Shown: positions 10,601-23,929, counted from the first letter of the whole stretch. The stretch: 63,791 bases of DNA, filler included, from Reticulomyxa filosa (GCA_000512085.1; 19 parts of 19 records of this genome joined end to end with filler, not necessarily neighbours in it); one strand, 5' to 3'. Notes: generated by a model from the letters alone, not told the origin. Program-made: numbers and translations.

Positions 10601-11689
10601 TCGTTATCTACGTATACGGATCATTTACCATCGCGGGAAGCCTGGACAAATGACCATTATGACCTTTGTCAAGGCACAGACGTAGTGCATTTTCGAGGTC
10701 ACTCAGAATAAGTTCATATACACTTATCGCATTTGAGGTGATACACATCAAACCCCGCTCGCTTGTAACTTCATTCCACAAGAATCATCTGCATGAAACT
10801 GTCTTACCAGTTCTTGTTATACTTTGATCACGTCACAGCATGCTACTGTCTCTTATAACAATTTGCTCCTTGCTGACACTTTTTTTTAAAAAAATTTTGA
10901 ATTAGTTGTGGTCTTGTATATATGTACATACTCTGGGTGATTAATGATTTTTTGTATAAGTCTATCTTTTTACATTTTTGTGTACGTTGTTTGAAATATG
11001 TTAACTTATTGCTCATTCTTTTTTTTTCCAATATTTTTCAACCAGTTGGATCGTTAAAGAATATCTCCTATTTCGCCATCTTTTCACTTTTTTGTTATTT
11101 TTTAAAAAAAGGCTATCTTTTTTTCTCAAGTGACATTATTCGTCACAAAAGTTTGGTGAGATGGAAAAATGAATGCATTAAACGAACTCTCCAAGAAGGA
11201 TACACTTGGAGACAAGAAGAAATAGAAAAGAATGCAAGAAAGGATTGATTCAACCTTATTTGGGTTGCTCATTTCAATTAACTGATTCAAATATGACGCA
11301 AATAAAAGATAGATTTCAAAAATGTGATAATATTGAAAAACAACAATAGCAATTAAAAATACAACCATTTTTATCATAGTGACAACAACAAATGACATAA
11401 TAAGGCCAAAAAGAAAAACACAAATATGGAAAACATGTGTTCTTGTTGTATCGTATTTCGTCATCGAAAGGATTGGATGGATAACATTGCACAATTTTGT
11501 ATATCGTTGCAGTGTCGTTTTTCATTNNNNNNNNNNNNNNNNNNNNNNNNNNNNNNNNNNNNNNNNNNNNTTAATTAATTAANNNNNNNNNNNNNNNNNN
11601 NNNNNNNNNNNNNNNNNNNNNNNNNNATAATTAATAAAAATTTTCTCTTTTTATTTGTTTATTACTTTTTTTAAAAAAATAAAAAAATT

Positions 11690-11945
11690 GTATGATTGGA
11701 TTCGATCAGGGGCGTCCTCCATGAATTCTACCTTTGTACTTGGCATCTTTTGCACTTTGGTCTACGTGCAAGAGCTAAAGTGGACTTTTTTGGTGGAAAC
11801 TTTGGTCATTTTACTTACTATTTTGGTGGTTGGAATCGTTGGCATGCGACACACCATCTTTGTCTGGCACGCTTGTATTGTGTTTTCAATGTTCCCGTTG
11901 TCTTTGATACTCGTCGCGACTTTACAAAATCCATTGGACGATTGA
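11690..11945 (+). CDS. 3' fragment of a multi-pass membrane protein
   Basis: Three hydrophobic helices in ORF 11655-11945 at a contig start. Confidence 0.4.
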
Positions 11946-13332
11946 GCGTTTTACATTGTGCGCAGTTGTGCAAAATAAACACAGAATGCTTTGTTTTATT
12001 TTTGATAAAGGCTGCAAGTTGAAAATTAGTGTGAAATAGTTGTTGCAAAGTGTACTTATTGTAATTTATTTCGTACAACCAAACCATTTTTTTCAACGTT
12101 TGGAAGTTTTCTTTCGCTAATTTTTGTGCTTTTCTCCTAAAACAACATTGATCATTTGAATACTCGAAGCTCTTGTTTGATAAGATTCATCAACAATTAT
12201 TACTTAAAACCTTCAATCAGACAAAAAATCTTTTAAGTTTATGGCAAAATGTGCTGTTTCGTCAAATCAAGCATCCCTCTTCAAATGACCAAACAAATTG
12301 ACAAAACAGGGGCGTTTCGTGAACGTTGTTATGAAGTTTAGAAGCCCTTTTTTTAGGCTTGTTTGTTCATCATCGTTAACTATGAAATTTTATTATATAT
12401 ATAAAATTAGTGAAAATAACTAGAACTCGCCAGTTCGAGTAACAACTGAAACGTAAATGACGAAAACACTAACAGTACGATTAAACAATAACGCAAACAT
12501 GGCGCAAACGAATTGTAACATGTTGTTATTAAAATAATATATAGAAAAAAGAAACATAAGAAAAATAAAAGCAAAAGCGCAATTGAAACTAGTTTTAATT
12601 AAGAAATATTGCATTTAATGCATATATCGCGTAACTAATAAATTGATATATATTCTTTTTAGCTAAAAAAATTTATTTACGAAAAAGTATTTATAAAAAA
12701 AACATATATAAATACAATAACATATTTGTGACAAAAAAAAAATTAATAATTAGTGCAGTTTATTTAAATAAGGAAATTCTTTTAATATAGTTAATATAAA
12801 ATTATATTGATTGGCTGAAATTATATAAATATAGATTAAGATAATTATTTATTAGAAAAAGAAAAGAATTAACTTAAAATAAAAATATTAACTAAATTTA
12901 TTGTAAATTACTATTCGCAAAGTCAAAAAAGAACTTTGAGCTATTTAGTAACTGACACATCTTGCACATTTGCTCGATAGTTTGATATTAGCACTAGCTT
13001 TACTATAACTAAATGGTACAATACATACAATAGAAGAAAATAATAGAAATTAACATAAATCATGTGATTATTATCAAATTTAAAGAAAAATTTCAGTGAA
13101 TACTCTGATAAAACATAGATTTTATGTTGTTATTTAAAACGGGCTTACCTACTAGCTGATTTATCTTAGAAGATAAAGTAAACTTTGATTTGATTATACA
13201 CAAATTATAAGCTGTATATCACTTTTGACAAATGCTAGTCTCAAGAAGATGCTGCAAAAGCCGAAAAACAAGTAACAGATAAATAGACTCTGGAGCAAAA
13301 AATATCGGCTTGGATATATAAGAAATTATATA

Positions 13333-14460
13333 CAGTAAAATGCAAAGTAAAGTTGACGCATAAAACGGCACCTTATATAGATGATTAATTTTCTACATGA
13401 AAAAACAACATTTAAAAAATATCTACAAATCTTGCATTTTTTAAATATTGACAATCGTGCCTACGTCGTAACTATGAAACTTGCCAACTTTTTTTTAAGC
13501 ATTTTCAGAAAATTCTCAATGTGTAGATATTTGTGAAAAAAAGATTAGTCTTCTATGTTGAGTAGTTTTTGAGAAAACTCAATTTTTTTGCAGAATTTAA
13601 TGTTATTTTGCAAAGTTTGTACATTGTGAATGTATAATTGTTTTTGACTACTGGCATTGATTTTATTAAGTTTGTGCATGTTTCTTTGTCATTTTTTTCC
13701 ATTTTAATTTAAATTGTTTCAGGAGTTCTTCTTTTGATCAGAATGGTCTATTTTGAATACTTTAGTTTTCACTATCCACCACATATTTTCGATTTGATTC
13801 ATGCTGGAAAATTTGTAGTGAAATTCAATACTTTGATAGAATTTTGTTCAAACTATTTTTTTGCTGTAATTTCTGTGTGGCTGTTGGCATTATCTTGCTG
13901 AAATATATAATTTTCATTATCTTTTAAACACCAATTAATGCTTTTTGAGCATTTCTTAAACTAGAATTTCTTTGTAAATATATTCATTGACAAATCAATT
14001 AATGTTACATGCATAAACAGGTCTTAACCCTACAAAGCAAGACCACATGATTATGCTTCCACTACCAATTTAATATTTTTATGATGAACATCAGCTTCGA
14101 TTTACGCACACACCCATGACTTACACAAAATTGTTTTGCAACTTTGCGCAAACTCCAGCACTAGCTCAACAGCTCAACAACAAGTCTTTTGTTAAAATTT
14201 TAAATCCTTTAGTAATTTCAAAAAAATAATTAAAAAACTTAAACATTAAACTACATTGACCTAAAAAAAAGAAAATAAAGTATAAATATTGAAATAATTA
14301 TGCAAGATTTAATAAAAACCAAATGATATTTAAAAAGTACACGATTTGTAGATATTTTTTAAAAAAAAAAATTAGGTCTGAATGTTGTTTTTTCGTGTAG
14401 AAAATCAATCATCTCTATAAGATTCCGTTTTATGTGTCAACTTTACTTTGCATTCCACAG
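13333..14460 (-). mobile_element. Internally deleted Tc1-type (IS630-Tc1-mariner, DD34E) DNA transposon with about 120-135 bp TIRs
   Basis: TIRs at 13333-13448 and 14326-14460; the left one starts TA|CAGT. Minus-strand remnants across stops and frameshifts: HTH-like SLRKVAKQFCVSHGCVRK, IGSGSIIMWSCF, and YIFQQDNANSH...FP-x-MNQIENMW with 34 residues between D and E. Confidence 0.9.
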
Positions 14461-14835
14461 CATTTTACTTGTATATTCACTTTTTTTATCTTTTTAATTT
14501 ACATTATCATATTGCACAAGTTAAGCAACAGTGCAATTTTTCTATATTCAAAAATACTTATTTCTTTACAAAGAAATTTGCAGTAAGTTTTCGTGGCAAT
14601 AGAAAGTTTAACAAAAGTTTCTCACAAAAAAGCTATGTGAGGAAGACATCCAACGAGATGAGACCGACTGCAAGAGAATGAATTCTAACAGAAACTCGAA
14701 TTGAAAACTTTTATTATAAAACACTTGCAAAAGATTCTGGTTTTAAAAAACAAAAACCGTTATTACTTTTCATTGACCTCGTTTTTAATTCTTTTATCTT
14801 CTTTAGTCCATAGTAAACAAGTCCTGCAGCGACAA

Positions 14836-16180
14836 TTACCCCCCCAATAACAATTGCTTTGGTTGTGCCACTTCCATTGTTGCCACTATTGGAAACATTT
14901 TTTTTTTAGTATAAGAAGGCTTTTTTGAGGGATTTGCTGGAGTACCATAATAAATGTGATCTGGTAAGATGATTTGCTTTTCTTCATCACTGCTGGTCAA
15001 AGTGTTATCGTTCCCATTGTCAACATTCGAATGCATTAATGTAATTTGTGTTTCCGTCCTATAAACAAATCACAGGTCCAATACAAAAGAGGAAGAAAGA
15101 AGAAAAAAAAGTAAATAATTACCCCATTTTTACTTTTAGTTACAGCTTATGTATTTTCCCTTCATTATTTTTATATCTTAAAACAATAAAAAAAAAGAAA
15201 TTAAATAAATAATAGAGTGACACCTGACGATATTAGCAATTAATGAGCATGCATCACTTGATTGATCAAGAAAAAGCGTATGAGTATCTTTATCAACTGC
15301 TAAAAATCGACCTTTTTTATTATTGTTATGTATGATAACTGAGACTCTAAAAGCCAAAGAAAGAGTTTTTCTTTTTTCTCTCTTTTTTTCCATCTCACTT
15401 CCCTTCATCTTCTTGCTATGAAATATTTTCAAGTTTATTAAAAAAAAAAAAAGATTAAACTTGCATATTGGAGTGATTGCAATCGAACAACGGGCAGCAC
15501 GACAAAATGGCAGGAGATGTTAGCAACATCACCATTGCAGTCAATGACAACATCGTCGTCACCGTCGACACGATCGTCAGAGGGATTAAATTTGCGGATC
15601 CTCAAGTATTTGCCCGTGTGCATATTTTTGACGGCGAGCACTACACGTCCTGCTACAGAGGTTTCCGGCCGCAAAACAGGTTCAAATTTCCACACGCAAT
15701 ATGGCAACACGTTGCAATGTTTTGCAAGGCTTGGAATCGAAATCTTTGAATTTGTTTCGCTTGTGTTCAAACTGCTGTTATCGATAAGAAGGAGATTTGG
15801 GGTATCTGTTATACGTACATACGTAGATGCTTGCTTGGCATCGACGTCGCTCTTTTTTTGCTGTTGCTGAGGGGTACGTGCATCTTTTTTTGTGGTCATA
15901 TTGATAGGGACAGCTGCCTGAAATTCATTACTGATCCGAGCATGCAAGGTGTCTGAATCAGAAGAAAAGGACGTGTCTTGAAAGGTTTCGACACGATGAT
16001 AGGAAGTAGCTGAATTATAAGGATCACATCCAATCCATACGATTGGCTCATCATAGATATGTTCAATATTAAACTGCTTATTTTGTATCAAAGGTGTACG
16101 AAATAAACTTTTGTTATCTTTCTTTGATCCAAGTTTCACGACTTTCTTGTCATCACTGACACAAAGGTAATGATCTTAAC
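14836..16180 (-). CDS. Multi-exon protein with a probable beta-trefoil (fascin/ricin-B-like) domain, 5' truncated
   Basis: VWKFEPV...VLAVKNMHTGKYLRI...IDCNGD...CHFVV and GRFLAVDKDTHTLFL match trefoil-type repeats. Exons are separated by AT-rich introns. Confidence 0.45.
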
Positions 16181-16308
16181 ATAATCAAATCCAATTTCCC
16201 CCCCCCCCNNNNNNNNNNNNNNNNNNNNNNNNNNNNNNNNNNNNNNNNNNNNTTAATTAATTAANNNNNNNNNNNNNNNNNNNNNNNNNNNNNNNNNNNN
16301 NNNNNNNN

Positions 16309-16947
16309 ACCGGCAATTCCATCCTTGCTATAAATTTGCATGATTGCATCTTTCACCGTAAAATGTTCGTGCTCTGTGGTTTGCAAATTCTTGGTAGTAA
16401 CTGTCAGCGGCGATGTCACCAGTTGAGTTATCAGACCGGCAATTGACCCTCTTATTAACTGTGTCATCGGTGGCACCCCCAAGTGCGCAATTTCGGGGTG
16501 ACTTCGTAACCATTGGTTCTCCAACACTGTTTGAAAAAAAAATGTCACAAAGTTTTGTACTGCCGATTCCGCCATGCCCACAGACAATCCTTTGTAAATG
16601 TTTGATAAGTTGCGCAAGTTCCATAAATCGTCCAACAAATCACTCAATCGGTAGATCTTTCCTGACTTGGTTGCTTTTCGCGCTTTTACTGTTTCCCCCA
16701 ATCCCCGTTTCATTCACAAATTTGTTGAATTGGAGGTTGATTGTTCTCTCCCCCCCCCTCCCTCTCCCTTTTCAAGAAAAGCACTTTTGGATTGTTCTTT
16801 CGTCATTTTGTATTTTGTTGTTAAACTTGTGTCAAGAGGGAAAAGGAGAGCTGTGGCAAACAACCCGGCAGAAGCGCCGGCAATGGCGTGTCGCAAAGAC
16901 TCCAATGCTGCGCTTTCTACGTACTTGGTAGGTACTGTTGGAGACAT
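16309..16947 (-). CDS. SLC25 mitochondrial-carrier-family protein, peroxisomal ANT1/PMP34-like; in-frame TGA at 16714-16716; 3' truncated
   Basis: Carrier repeat motifs HAIAGASAGLFATALLFPLDT, YKGLSVGMAESAVQNF, GSIAGLITQLVTSPLTV and IYSKDGIAG. Confidence 0.8.
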
Positions 16948-17683
16948 AGTGACTACTGGTGATTATAATAAATATCCCAAAAAAAAATTCTTCCCCGTTC
17001 ACTTGCCACTACACTTTCTCAAGGGTTCATCCTCTTTTATAATTACAAAAGTTTCGAAGTAATTTAAAAATTGAAGAGAGGAGTTATAATCAAATTCTTC
17101 TTTAAATAAGATACTCACGTGTAACTGTTGAGATATCAACCGCAGATAACCAATTACAGAGACGCAATAAGTTAAAAGATAGAGTGCTTTGAAAAATATA
17201 ATAAAAGAAGTGAAAAGTACAAACTGTCATATTTTAATGTAAACATTAAGTAATGATGTAAGTAAAACAAGACAAACATCAAAAATGATTTTCATGCTTA
17301 GCTACATGAGCTTGGTTCCACATGGTACTACTTTAACTCGCAGCAGGCTACAATTGTGGCCAAATGCACCGCAAAAAAGGAGAAAAAATAAAAGGGTATT
17401 TTTTTACAAATAAATCAACAGTATGGAGGAAAAAAAGGAATGAAGGGTATGGACAGGAGAGCAAACAGAAAAACATCATATACAAAGACTCCAAACAACA
17501 ACATAAAAAAAAAACAAAACAAATAAAAAACAACAAAATCATCAAAAACAATGCCAACCAAGCAACATTGTAGAAAATTGATAATGACACCCAAAATCAC
17601 GCAGAAAACAAGAGAGGTCTGAAGAAGAGGAACAGATAACACAGAAAGTGAATTTTTTTCCTGTTCTACTTTTGAAACTCACA

Positions 17684-18538
17684 CTTGTGAACCTCTCTAA
17701 CATGCCGGCCAAGATGACATTTTTGAGCAAATCTTTGGTGACAACGGTCACATGAATAAGGTTTTTCACCTGTTGCATCAGAAAAAAAAGTCACAAAAGG
17801 GGGGAGAAAAAAAAAGTCACAAAAGGGGGAGAAACAAACGACCATACAGTATGTTGAAAATGATCTTTTTTTTTTCTTTCATTCTTCTGTTCCTTTTTCC
17901 CCTCCACCCTTTTTTTTTTTGAAAAAATACAGTGCATTATAATTACCCGTATGCGTTCTAAGATGACGATTGAGATTTCCAGATTGTCGGAATTGTTTGT
18001 TGCAAATGACACATTGGTACGGTTTTTCACCTTATCTCCCAACGTTTGCAATTAAATAAGGCATACAAAAACAAACAAAACAAACCTCTCTTAACTTTTG
18101 TCTTGAAGTGAAACAACCTTTTTTTCCCCAAAAAAAAGGACACTATCAAAAGGGGGGTTATTAAAAAAAAATGCATGTTCCTTTTTTCTTTTTTTCTATT
18201 TTTTTTTTAAACTAGAGAAAAAAATAATGAGATAAAATTTTTGGTAGTACCTGTATGTGTCCTCCAATGACGAGCATAATCCCATTTGTTTACCATTCCC
18301 TGACCACACAACTCACAACGATGAGGCCATTTGTCTGTGTGAACATACATATGAATTCGTAATGCCTTTTTGCTAGACAAAGATGCATGGCACTGTTCAC
18401 AACGTTCTTTCTTTGTTATTTGCGTTTTCTTCACTGTGGAGCGTTTTCTATGGTCATTGCTTATTACGCTCTTACCAGTTCCTTTTTCATTAACAAGTTG
18501 TTTTTTTTTTTTTTCCTCCTTTGCAAATTTCGACAAAA
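17684..18538 (-). CDS. C2H2 zinc-finger protein (at least 4 tandem fingers, HTGEKPY linkers), 5' truncated
   Basis: CEQC...HMYVH and CELC...HWRTH, then spliced exons [28 protein letters not shown] (about 17947-18030) and [28 protein letters not shown] (about 17687-17769). Confidence 0.9.
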
Positions 18539-19842
18539 NNNNNNNNNNNNNNNNNNNNNNNNNNNNNNNNNNNNNNNNNNNNTTAATTAATTAANNNNNN
18601 NNNNNNNNNNNNNNNNNNNNNNNNNNNNNNNNNNNNNNTTACAACTAGAAAAATATTATCTAATACGTATTATAAATATGTAAAGGTATTTTCTTTTGGC
18701 TTTATTCTAAGAAAAAATACAAAAAATTCTTGTAATTGTTTTATGTTGCTTTCAATTTTATTACCAAATATTTATAATGATTTTATTAAATAAAGCTGTT
18801 GTAGTTTTTAAAAAAAGATTTTTGAGCAAATCGTTTTTTAAATCACTATTTCACTATTTCCCTCAACAATCAATTAAATAATTATAAATAGGAAGAAACT
18901 CCACCCTATTTATAATCAAAAAATTAATTTTGTTTTAGTTTGTTTTTGTTTTGATGTTTTTTTTAATGTGTATAAAAAAAAAAAAAAAAAAAAAAAAAAC
19001 TTTTTAGTCTCCGCTTTCATCTGCTGGATCTATGCGGAGCAGCAACTTGGAGTACATCACGATGGCATCGATGAACACTACCACAGTTTGGCGAATGAAA
19101 TGCGGCATGTTTACATTGACGTCGGGCAGGTTGAATATGGCCAAGGCACGCAGTGCAAGCTTTACCAAAGAGAATGAAGGGATGGACTATTTTTTTTTGT
19201 TGTGGTGAGACAAGATAACTGGACGAGTTTGATGGGGACATTTCAACTAATCCTTTTGTGTTTGAAAGAAGATTTAAAGATATTATTGTTATTATATACA
19301 TATGTATATATACATATATACCATTTGCACGTGATGTGGCGACGGAATGACTATTGAGCTTCTGCAAGGTGATTGTCTTCAATGACGCCGCGTGCGCTGT
19401 GCAAGTGTTTGTAAACGGCGGAGAGCGTTTTGAGAGGCTATACAGAGAGGCCACATGTAAACATCCATTCGAGCTGCTAGGTCATGTCGTTGCCAACAGC
19501 ACAAAATCATGGCAATGCACTTGATCAAATGTTTGAATTGTTTTGTCATTGACACTGGTGCCATAGCAGTGTCCGACATATGTCCATCCCATTTCCATAG
19601 CGACATCATATGAGCATTGACCCCGCCTTGCGACATTGAGTTGCGAATATTCATTACCTACAAAAGTTAAAAAAATGAAAAGTACATTTAACAAAAAATT
19701 TCTCAAAACTTATGTGAACTTGAAGAAGGACATGTTCTAAAACAAAGAATACCTTTTGCCTTGGATCCATCAACCAATGTTAAGCAACATGATACAACAA
19801 ATAGGTAGTGACTTAAGAATTGCAACAAAAAAAATCATATAC

Positions 19843-19918
19843 ATGACGGATGATGACGGATGATGACTGATGATGACGGATGATGACAGATGATGATTGA
19901 TGATGATAATGATGATGT
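19843..19918. repeat. Tandem (GATGATGACG/T)-type minisatellite
   Basis: atgacggatgatgacggatgatgactgatgatgacgga..., about 10-nt unit, decaying into (GAT)n. Confidence 0.7.
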
Positions 19919-20463
19919 TGGAATTCCCATGAATGAAAAAAAAATGTTCACTTTGACAATTCCTTTTTTCTAAATTAAATAGATACTATTATTATATTTG
20001 ATATGATTTTGGAATGCTGAAAGAGAAATNNNNNNNNNNNNNNNNNNNNNNNNNNNNNNNNNNNNNNNNNNNNTTAATTAATTAANNNNNNNNNNNNNNN
20101 NNNNNNNNNNNNNNNNNNNNNNNNNNNNNCTGACTCAGCAAATAAAAAGGTAGCAACACATATTGGGGGAAGTTCTTTGCCAGTTGCAAGCAAACGTTCG
20201 TTTAAAAAAAAGGCAACGTATTTTTATCCCATTGGTGTCGAAGTCCATATCATTTGCGTTGATTGCATTTTTTTTGGCTACACGGAATCCTTTGAAAAAT
20301 AATATAGAATGTTGCAAAGCTCCATCCATGCCCGAGGACTTTGTTTTTCTTCCCAATGTCTGAAATTTCAGCAAATTTCTTCTCTTTTTTTTTTTCTTTT
20401 TTTTAAAACTCAATAGTCAAAATTTTAAAATAATAATAATAAAAAGATGTGTCGAAAGTTAAC

Positions 20464-21340
20464 ATGAAATATTTGTTCCGCATACAAGGTAATTATCACA
20501 CATCCGTTTGGAACAGAAGATGGGAAGACAAACTCCAAGTGATGAAAATGGGTCACTCAAGTGTGTTTGCAATGTCAAACCATGGATTTCATTCATCCCG
20601 ATCATTGAAAGGGGAAAAAGCTCAAGAAGTAAGTACAGCGACGACAGCCTCGAATGAGCAAAGCAAACTGTCGCCAAAACTAGAAAAAATAGTGAATGAC
20701 ATTGCTACTTTGAATTTATTAGAAGTGACACAATTGGTAAGCGCTTTGAAAACCAAATTGAACTTGCCTGACGTGGCATTAATGGGAGCAGTTTCTGTTG
20801 GTGCTGCTCATGTAGCTGGGGCAGCAGCCGGTGGGTCATCTGGCGCTGCTTCTAAGACACCTGCCAAAGAAGGTGGTCAAATTGTTTCCTTTTTGTATTT
20901 TCAAACATACGTGTTAACACATTCAATTCCACTAATTAAAAAACTTGTCGGATGCTCCTTTACACGCCATTTTGTTTGTTTGATTGTTTTTCCACATATA
21001 ATGGACTATCATCAGAGGAAAAAGCGCCAGAACAAACCATATTCACTGTGATATTGAAGTCTTTTGATAAAGATAAAAAAGTCACTGTTATCAAAGAAGT
21101 CAAAAATTTGTTGAAACTTGGTTTGAAAGAAGTTTAGTGGCAACACTTTTTTTTTTTTTTTTTTTTTGTTATTATTAAGGGGTTTATGGAGCGCAATGCT
21201 TGAATCATAAACATTACAATTAGGCGAAAGAGTTAGTGGAAAAGGCCCCTGTGAAATTACAAGAAAATTGCCCAAAAGTTGAAGCCGAAGCCATTCGCGA
21301 TAAGTTAAAGGAATTCGGTGGGGAAATCGTCTTAGAATAA
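20464..21340 (+). CDS. MRPL12: Mitochondrial ribosomal protein bL12 (L7/L12), 3 exons
   Basis: IVNDIATLNLLEVTQLVSALKTKLNL, Ala/Gly hinge, FTVILKSFDKDKKVTVIKEVKNLLKLGLKE|AKELVEKAP...EAEAIRDKLKEFGGEIVLE*. GT-AG introns at about 20873-21015 and 21132-21223. Confidence 0.92.
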
Positions 21341-22195
21341 TCGGAGGGGACTGTGAGGAAAAAGATACAACTCTTAAAAATCAAGGAAAATTTTAGATTA
21401 ATCTAATACATGAGAATTTATTAAATAAATCCAAACAAAAAACTTATCAACCTTTGGTAGTGCTATGAGAGTGAAAAAAAGCCAATCTTATTTCACACTT
21501 TCTCACAGTTCTGTCAATTGCGTTATTGGGATATTTTGATATTTCAATTTTTTTTGCAAACTCGGTCCATTTTTCCTCCATTTGGTACAGTACTGTGTAT
21601 GAAATTTGCTTCAAACTTTTCAAATAATTGACTTAAACTTTTGTTTCATTTAATTATATTTGGCCAAAACACTCTTATTTTTCTTTTCGGAAATGCAAAA
21701 TAAATAAGCTGGGCAATGAGATAGCTGTCATTGTTATCAGTGCACAAATAAGTTGTTACGTTATAAGCGCATCTGCTTAAAAAAAAAAAAATGTGTTCCA
21801 TGAAATTTTGCAAAAAATAAAAGACAAGGACCATGACAAAGTTTGTAACTACCTTGAAAGGGGTAACTACAAAACCAGAAAATGTTGTATCAATGTTCTT
21901 CATCAACTAACTGCAATACCCTCCAAATTAACAAAAAAAACCGAACAACCCCCTTGTAACCATATAATTTTAATTCATTTCATAAAATACTCCATAATAA
22001 CAAATANNNNNNNNNNNNNNNNNNNNNNNNNNNNNNNNNNNNNNNNNNNNTTAATTAATTAANNNNNNNNNNNNNNNNNNNNNNNNNNNNNNNNNNNNNN
22101 NNNNNNGCTAACGTAGGCGTCGAAGTGCCAGGTTTTCCAAAGATGCAAATCTCCCTTGGCCCCAAAGGTCACAGCGGGGTTGCGCGAGACACTAG

Positions 22196-23509
22196 CAGGC
22201 TGCTGAAAATACCCTCGTTTGTGTATAATTTTCAAAAATCGCCGTGTTTGGGAGTATAAAAACAGGCTATCGCTCTGGTTTCTCACGCCGATTTCGGCGT
22301 GGCCCGCGCTGTTCTCGGCCTGTTTGCCGGTGCGCGGGCGCACCGCAGGCCGTGGGGGCGTCACGCCCCCAGCATTTGAGGTGGCGAGGTGAGGCAAAGT
22401 TTAGCCATCCGGACCAGATTGCAGGCGGCCATCACATATTGAGCCTGGGCATTGGTTCGGCTGACTCCGTGATAGCGACTCTTTCTAAAACAGCCGGTGG
22501 TCTTGGCCCAACCGAACAGTTCCTCGATGCGCTTGCGGGTCTTCTGGCTGGCTTGATGGGCGGCCGTGAGGATGACCCTCATCGTTTTGACTCCTTCTCT
22601 GAGCGCGGGGTGCGGCACGACACCGAGCTTGCGCAGGCCACTGACGAAGCGCTCCGCGTGGTAGCCCTTGTCTGCTCCGACACTTTTTGGGTCAAACCCG
22701 CGTTCCTGGAGTTCCTCGACTTGTTCGACCGCGACCTTCGGCTCGCTTTCTCCCACACTCGGTCGGACCTGGAAGAGGACGCAAAGCCCGTTTCGGTTCT
22801 CCATCGAGGCGTGCCCGGCAAAACACAGACGGGCTTCTTTGCCCGGTCCTTTGCGAAGGAGCTTCGCTTCCGGGTCGGTGGTCGACTCATGGGTGTCATT
22901 GGTCCGGTTCTGTCCCTTAAAGTCAGTCCAAGAGTTGCTGCCCGATCCGGGGCCGTCGGACTTGTCGCCTTTGGGCTTAAAGCTCTTCATGGAAGCCCAG
23001 GCCTCGATCAAGGTACTGTCCACCGAGAAGTGGTCGTTCGAAACCCAGCCATGCTCACGGGCAAGATCCACGACCTCCGAAAAGAACAGCTCAGCCACTT
23101 GGGGCAGAGCAAACGCGACTGGTTCTTGCTGTACGTCGAGGCGTCAAACGGGGCCTCGTCCAACGGAAGGTCCACAAACCAGCGAAACAAAAGATCGGTC
23201 TGGAGGCGTTCGCAAAGCTGTCGATCGGAGCGGATCGTGTACAGCGCCTGAAGCACCTTCCCCTTCAGCAGCGTCTCCGGAGGAATGGAAGGCGCTCCTT
23301 CCCGCGAGTAGATCTCATCAAAGTGTCCATCCATCCGGCTCAGGGCCTTATCGCACAAGCCCTTGATCAGTCGGATCGGGTGAGTGGCAGGGATAAGCTG
23401 CTCAACATCGATCAAACTCACAAAATTACCCTGGGATTTACGAAAGCCTCTCATTGTATCCGAATGCTGGATACTTCTTCCGAGAAATCAAGACTTTTTC
23501 AGCAGCCTG
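22196..23509 (-). mobile_element. Complete bacterial IS5-family insertion sequence (1314 bp) with 14-bp TIRs and CTAG flanks
   Basis: CTAG|CAGGCTGCTGAAAA (22196-22209) pairs with TTTTCAGCAGCCTG|CTAG (23496-23509). GC-rich and intronless, unlike all other contigs. Confidence 0.93.
22361..23454 (-). CDS. IS5-family DDE transposase (DUF772/InsH N-terminus plus DDE domain), one frameshift near 23100
   Basis: HPIRLIK, PSIPPETLLK...LQALYTIRSDRQLCE...LLFRWFV; catalytic SVDSTLIEAWAS, VGADKGYH and RKRIEELFGWAK. Confidence 0.93.
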
Positions 23510-23929
23510 CTAGNNNNNNNNNNNNNNNNNNNNNNNNNNNNNNNNNNNNNNNNNNNNTTAATTAATTAANNNNNNNNNNNNNNNNNNNNNNNNNNNNNNN
23601 NNNNNNNNNNNNNAAAATGAAAATGAAAATGGAGGACAGCACACGTCATCTGCAGCTTTTTTTCAGCCACCTTTGTCGCAGGACTTGCTAAAGAATATTC
23701 CAAGAGACAATCACATTCGTCTACATACTTTTTTGCAACATTTGCGGCACGCCATACAACATGATACCTATGCTGTTTTGTTTTTATATACAAAATATCA
23801 TTGTGCAAACGTACATAGCATGTCTGTACGTATACAGATATATATGTACATATATAGTGTACCTTTTATATACATATACATATATATATATATAAAATGA
23901 ATAAATAAAGGATGGGGTAGCAACAAAAA

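Noticed and set aside
17783-17834. Direct repeat aaaaaaagtcacaaaagggggagaaa x2
   Set aside because: Short intronic duplication with no spacer structure.
22244-23366. Long plus-strand ORFs (335 and 232 aa) overlapping the transposase
   Set aside because: Antisense shadow ORFs typical of GC-rich coding DNA, with no recognisable motifs.
22107-23513. Horizontal transfer of IS5 into the eukaryote genome
   Set aside because: No host-like flank is present; the contig holds only the IS and a short flank that is not AT-rich.
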